From Candidatus Saccharibacteria bacterium CPR2 (GTDB lineage: Bacteria > Patescibacteriota > Saccharimonadia > Saccharimonadales > QWHN01), in NCBI GenBank assembly GCA_021404905.1, contig QWHN01000005.1, positions 16,102 to 80,101 on the forward strand: a stretch of 64,000 bases of DNA. The letters run 5' to 3'. The translations under genes were made by a program, and so were the position numbers. Under the pieces are notes generated by a model. The model made no database searches. It was not told where the DNA came from and worked only from the letters and a program-made list of their open reading frames with translations. This document shows, piece after piece, positions 61,361-64,000 of the stretch. Positions within the stretch are counted from its first letter, which is position 1. Each line of letters starts with the position of its first letter.

Positions 61361-62425
61361 CTAAAAGATTCCATCCCAAATTCGTTGCCATAAACTTGGT
61401 GCGCTGCCTGGAACTTGGGAATCAATTTCTTTGGGCAGTTGTGTTTCTGTTGCGGTTGCGCTTAGCGGATCGGGTACGATTTGCTCTGCTTGAACAACCA
61501 GTCTTCTCCAGCTTGTACCGGGAGGCGTGCATGTAATTAGCGATGTGATAGGCCTGTCGGCAGTTTGAATTAAGGAAAAATCATTTGGAGCAACAATTTG
61601 TTTATTAAATACCTTATAGATGTATCGTTTACTGCCATAATGAATTACAAATGTGTCTCCTACTTCCAGTCTATCAAGTAAAACAAAGGCAAATTTATAC
61701 TTTCCGGAGTTGAAGAAGTTGTTACTTGAATGGCCGACTATGACGTTATTGCCAATTTGGCCGGGGAGCGCGCTTTCTCCGTAATGGACTACACCGCCCT
61801 CCAAAGCCTTTTGGATTTTACCTTCATCATAAGACTTTTCATCATAAACAACCGGCACATCCACATTTATTTTAGGAATGACAATCTTGGGCGCGCTGCT
61901 AACTGGAATTTCGGCATTTGGATCTAAAATTACAGGAGTGTTGAATTCTTTACCAGGGCTGATGTAGGACTTAACTTGCCCGATAACAATATGATTATAG
62001 TTAAGTGTTAAGAAGATAAAACCCACTACTCCGGCAATTAGTAAAGGTTTACCGTGTTTTTTCCTAAACGACTTTGTTTGGGGACCCAGTTTTGAAACAA
62101 TATGTTTTTTTGCTTGGGCAACTGACGTTAGTCTAGTTTTATGGCTTTTATGATGGGTTGGGTGGGCATAACCAACTTGTTTTGAATGCAATCCTTCATG
62201 TTGGCTGGTTGCGGCTTGCGAAGCGCGGTGATAACGTTGCCATTCGGCATGCTTTTGCTCATCAGTTAAGCTATGGTACCATCTCTCGTATGCTGCACGA
62301 TCAACTTTGGGGTCTGGTCTATCATTTGGAAATGCGCCATGGTGTTCTTGAAAATTCGCATCATGATGCCCAGAAGATGGTAAATGGAATTGATTATGTT
62401 TTGAATTCATAAAAAATCTAAGCAA
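61361..62425 (-). CDS. Sortase-family transpeptidase with His-rich N-terminal extension
   Basis: 354 aa. TM helix (LLIAGVVGFIFLTL), catalytic His region NVIVGHSS, catalytic Cys motif LITCTPPG and downstream Arg (RRLVV). 16 His in the first 108 residues. Confidence 0.75.
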   Translation of the reverse strand: MLRFFMNSKHNQFHLPSSGHHDANFQEHHGAFPNDRPDPKVDRAAYERWYHSLTDEQKHAEWQRYHRASQAATSQHEGLHSKQVGYAHPTHHKSHKTRLTSVAQAKKHIVSKLGPQTKSFRKKHGKPLLIAGVVGFIFLTLNYNHIVIGQVKSYISPGKEFNTPVILDPNAEIPVSSAPKIVIPKINVDVPVVYDEKSYDEGKIQKALEGGVVHYGESALPGQIGNNVIVGHSSNNFFNSGKYKFAFVLLDRLEVGDTFVIHYGSKRYIYKVFNKQIVAPNDFSLIQTADRPITSLITCTPPGTSWRRLVVQAEQIVPDPLSATATETQLPKEIDSQVPGSAPSLWQRIWDGIF

Positions 62426-62528
62426 CTTAATGCCCTTTAAACAGTATTATAGTACAATTATCTGTAGTCTTCGTACAGATAGGCTTAAGTAGTGTATGGT
62501 TGCTTAAATAGCTAACATGGGTATATCC

Positions 62529-62606
62529 GGGCGAGTGGCGGAATTGGCAGACGCGCTGGACTCCCACCTACGTTGCAAAACTACGGTGGGCAGGCAAAAT
62601 CCGTGG
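62529..62606 (+). pseudogene. Degenerate partial copy of tRNA-Leu (5' half) with a 32-nt insert at the anticodon position
   Basis: 29 nt at 62535-62563 are identical to 62634-62662 of the intact tRNA-Leu (D arm to anticodon-loop CTC). A 32-nt insert follows at 62564-62595, then AAAATCC matching the 3' side of the anticodon loop and stem. No T arm or 3' acceptor. Confidence 0.55.
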
Positions 62607-62627
62607 TATATTACAGCAAAAAGTATT

Positions 62628-62716
62628 GCCGAGGTGGCGGAATTGGCAGACGCGCTGGACTCAAAATCCAGTGAGAGTAAAATCTCGTGTGGGTTCGACT
62701 CCCACTCTCGGCACCA
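62628..62716 (+). tRNA. tRNA-Leu (anticodon CAA), CCA encoded
   Basis: Manual cloverleaf: acceptor GCCGAGG/TCTCGGC, anticodon arm CTGGA-CTCAAAA-TCCAG, long variable arm TGAGAGTAAAATCTCGT, T arm GTGGG-TTCGACT-CCCAC, A + CCA. 89 nt. Confidence 0.9.
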
Positions 62717-62721
62717 AAATT

Positions 62722-63516
62722 TTAATACTCGTTGTTTGATGCGCAAAATATGCCTGTTGTAATCGCCTCGAAGGGTTTGCCAGGGTTTTGGAGCCAGAAG
62801 ACTGAAGAGAGGGTTGCTGTTTTTACCTGCCAGTCATCTAATTGGGTCGAATGTTTTGTTGCGCTCACCTTGCCGCCCCGGGCAACCAACACTTGATTGT
62901 TGTGTTTAGTAACGATAATTATTGAGTTTAACGATGTAAACTCGGCCAGAATATCCGCTAATGCTTGAACCGGCATAGTCGAAATAACCGGCTTTGGATA
63001 TCTTATCTGTTTAAATAATTGCTGAAGTTGAGAAAAATTTGGCACCAAGCAGGTATTATTACGAGTTACAATAAAATCGACCTCTGTAGATATTAGCTGC
63101 AGACTATCACCGCTTAAAGTTATTTGTTGATTTAATTGCTTCAAAATATCCAGGACTAAAGTGCTGGTTTCGCTGTTTTTACCTATATCTCCTGGCAGTA
63201 AAATCCCATTAGCATCGTTCGCCAGGCTGATTATTTCTTGCGTCGCTTCGCGGGAAATTTCACTGGTTTTGGTGGAAGGAACAAAAACCTGGCCTTTAAA
63301 ACTATCCTGCAGTAAAGGTTTCAGGCTATCGGGCAGTACAACCCTAGCTTCGCCAACTCCAGCCTGATTAACATTAGCGAATGCCGTTGAAATAAGATTA
63401 AAAGAATTTTTATTACCGCCAATGAGTAAAATTTTTCCAGCTAATTTTTTGTTTTCGGGTCGAGACCACAAAATATCAGGAAAGAGCGGTTCTTTATTTT
63501 GCCAGGTCAAGCTCAT
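62722..63516 (-). CDS. YjeF C-terminal / carbohydrate-kinase-like protein (possible NAD(P)HX dehydratase family), divergent
   Basis: 264 aa. GKILLIGGNKNSF...AGVGEARVVLPDS resembles the YjeF_C N-terminal pattern, but the C-terminal Gly-rich motif is not evident. Confidence 0.35.
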   Translation of the reverse strand: MSLTWQNKEPLFPDILWSRPENKKLAGKILLIGGNKNSFNLISTAFANVNQAGVGEARVVLPDSLKPLLQDSFKGQVFVPSTKTSEISREATQEIISLANDANGILLPGDIGKNSETSTLVLDILKQLNQQITLSGDSLQLISTEVDFIVTRNNTCLVPNFSQLQQLFKQIRYPKPVISTMPVQALADILAEFTSLNSIIIVTKHNNQVLVARGGKVSATKHSTQLDDWQVKTATLSSVFWLQNPGKPFEAITTGIFCASNNEY

Positions 63517-64000
63517 ATTTACCGTTTTTGTAATTTAGCTCGTAAATAACATTTTTCCGCTCAACGATAACTTTCCATTTTTGGCTCAGGGCGTGTGCGA
63601 ACAGCTCTTTATCTGGGTTAAATGCGATTGGATTTTCAACCATTTCCAGGATCGGTATATCTGATGAGCTATCTCCAATACCATAACTATCTTTAAATTC
63701 CAGATTATGTTTAGTTACAATTTTCCTAAGAATTTTTTCCTTGTAACTGCTTGCCAAAAACCTTTCTCCTGTAAACCGGTTATTGCTGTGTTTGTATTCT
63801 GTGCCAACCCATTCATCAAATTTATACTGCTGGGCAATATGCGAAATTAATTCTTTATGCGAGCCGGAAATTGCTATAAGAAAATAATTTTGCTTTTTAA
63901 GTGCGTATATGAGATCGCGGGTATAAGTGTAAATCTGCTCTTTGTATTCCCCTGCAATCTCGTCAACGATCTGGTGAAATTTGTCGACGGGGATATTCGG
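63494..64000 (-). CDS. HAD-superfamily (subfamily IB-like) hydrolase, 5'-truncated by the window edge
   Basis: The reading frame is open from 64000 down to the stop at 63494. My translation is PNIPVDKFHQIVDEIAGEYKEQ...YFLIAISGSHKELI...GDSSSDIPILEMVENPIAFNP. HAD motif II (ISGS) and motif IV (GDSSSD) are present. The track's Met at 63757 is actually an internal TTG-Leu. Confidence 0.7.
   Translation of the reverse strand, partial: PNIPVDKFHQIVDEIAGEYKEQIYTYTRDLIYALKKQNYFLIAISGSHKELISHIAQQYKFDEWVGTEYKHSNNRFTGERFLASSYKEKILRKIVTKHNLEFKDSYGIGDSSSDIPILEMVENPIAFNPDKELFAHALSQKWKVIVERKNVIYELNYKNGKYELDLAK

Noticed and set aside
62504-62762. Two approximately 80-aa ORFs (one per strand) across the tRNA-Leu locus
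   Set aside because: Both are translations of tRNA and pseudo-tRNA sequence. The repeated peptide AELADALDS simply reflects the duplicated tRNA segment.
62426-63516. Integrated mobile element at tRNA-Leu
   Set aside because: The partial tRNA copy is a 5' half only 99 bp from the intact gene. No integrase, excisionase or phage/ICE genes flank it, and the downstream genes look chromosomal.

Overview
This is a 64-kb, AT-rich, tightly packed chromosomal segment made up mostly of housekeeping genes. The standard genetic code applies: TGA is used as a stop (for example at murD) and an RF2 gene is present.

Gene content:
- Left half, mostly on the + strand: secA, an M16 peptidase, murD plus a class IV aminotransferase, prfB, ftsE-ftsX with a coiled-coil/CHAP hydrolase and an S41 protease, pyrG, xseAB, recO and glyQS.
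- Middle: a reduced dcw cluster (mraZ-rsmH-ftsL-ftsI-mraY-ftsW-murG-ftsQ).
- Right half, a minus-strand block: a T4CP-like ATPase, a sigma-r4/HTH protein, topA, dprA, pth, der, a pseudouridine synthase, two histidine-kinase/receiver pairs flanking tRNA-Glu, a DUF3048 protein, gltX, mreB, a PEGA protein and a sortase, followed by tRNA-Leu.

The gene style (reduced dcw cluster, receiver-only response regulators, a sigma-region-4/HARE-like HTH protein, many small orphan genes) suggests a reduced-genome Patescibacteria/CPR (Saccharibacteria-like) organism. That is inference only.

Non-genic signals, strongest first:
1. A dispersed family of intergenic elements is built from degenerate 7-bp units. 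A purine-rich TAG-bearing arm faces a pyrimidine-rich CTA-bearing arm. A 32-nt core recurs exactly in both orientations, a 42-bp block is identical at two loci, and one array has 23 phased heptamers including (AGATTCC)x5. Several arrays run into CDS 3' ends and supply the stop codon.
2. A stand-alone transcription unit of about 365 nt (TTGACA-17-TAGATT promoter, strong intrinsic terminator, nested long-range helices) lies between dprA and pth. It has no credible ORF and no match I can recognise to tmRNA, RNase P, SRP, 6S or T-box RNA. A second region closed by a 16-bp helix lies beside it.
3. Four GTGGGTAG boxes in 10-bp phase upstream of mraZ form a probable MraZ operator.
4. A degenerate 5' copy of tRNA-Leu carries a 32-nt hairpin insert at the anticodon position.
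5. A strongly expressed-looking 80-aa protein has 21 acidic and no basic residues.
6. A CAP-domain gene is frameshifted.

No CRISPR array, transposase, integrase or rRNA was seen.
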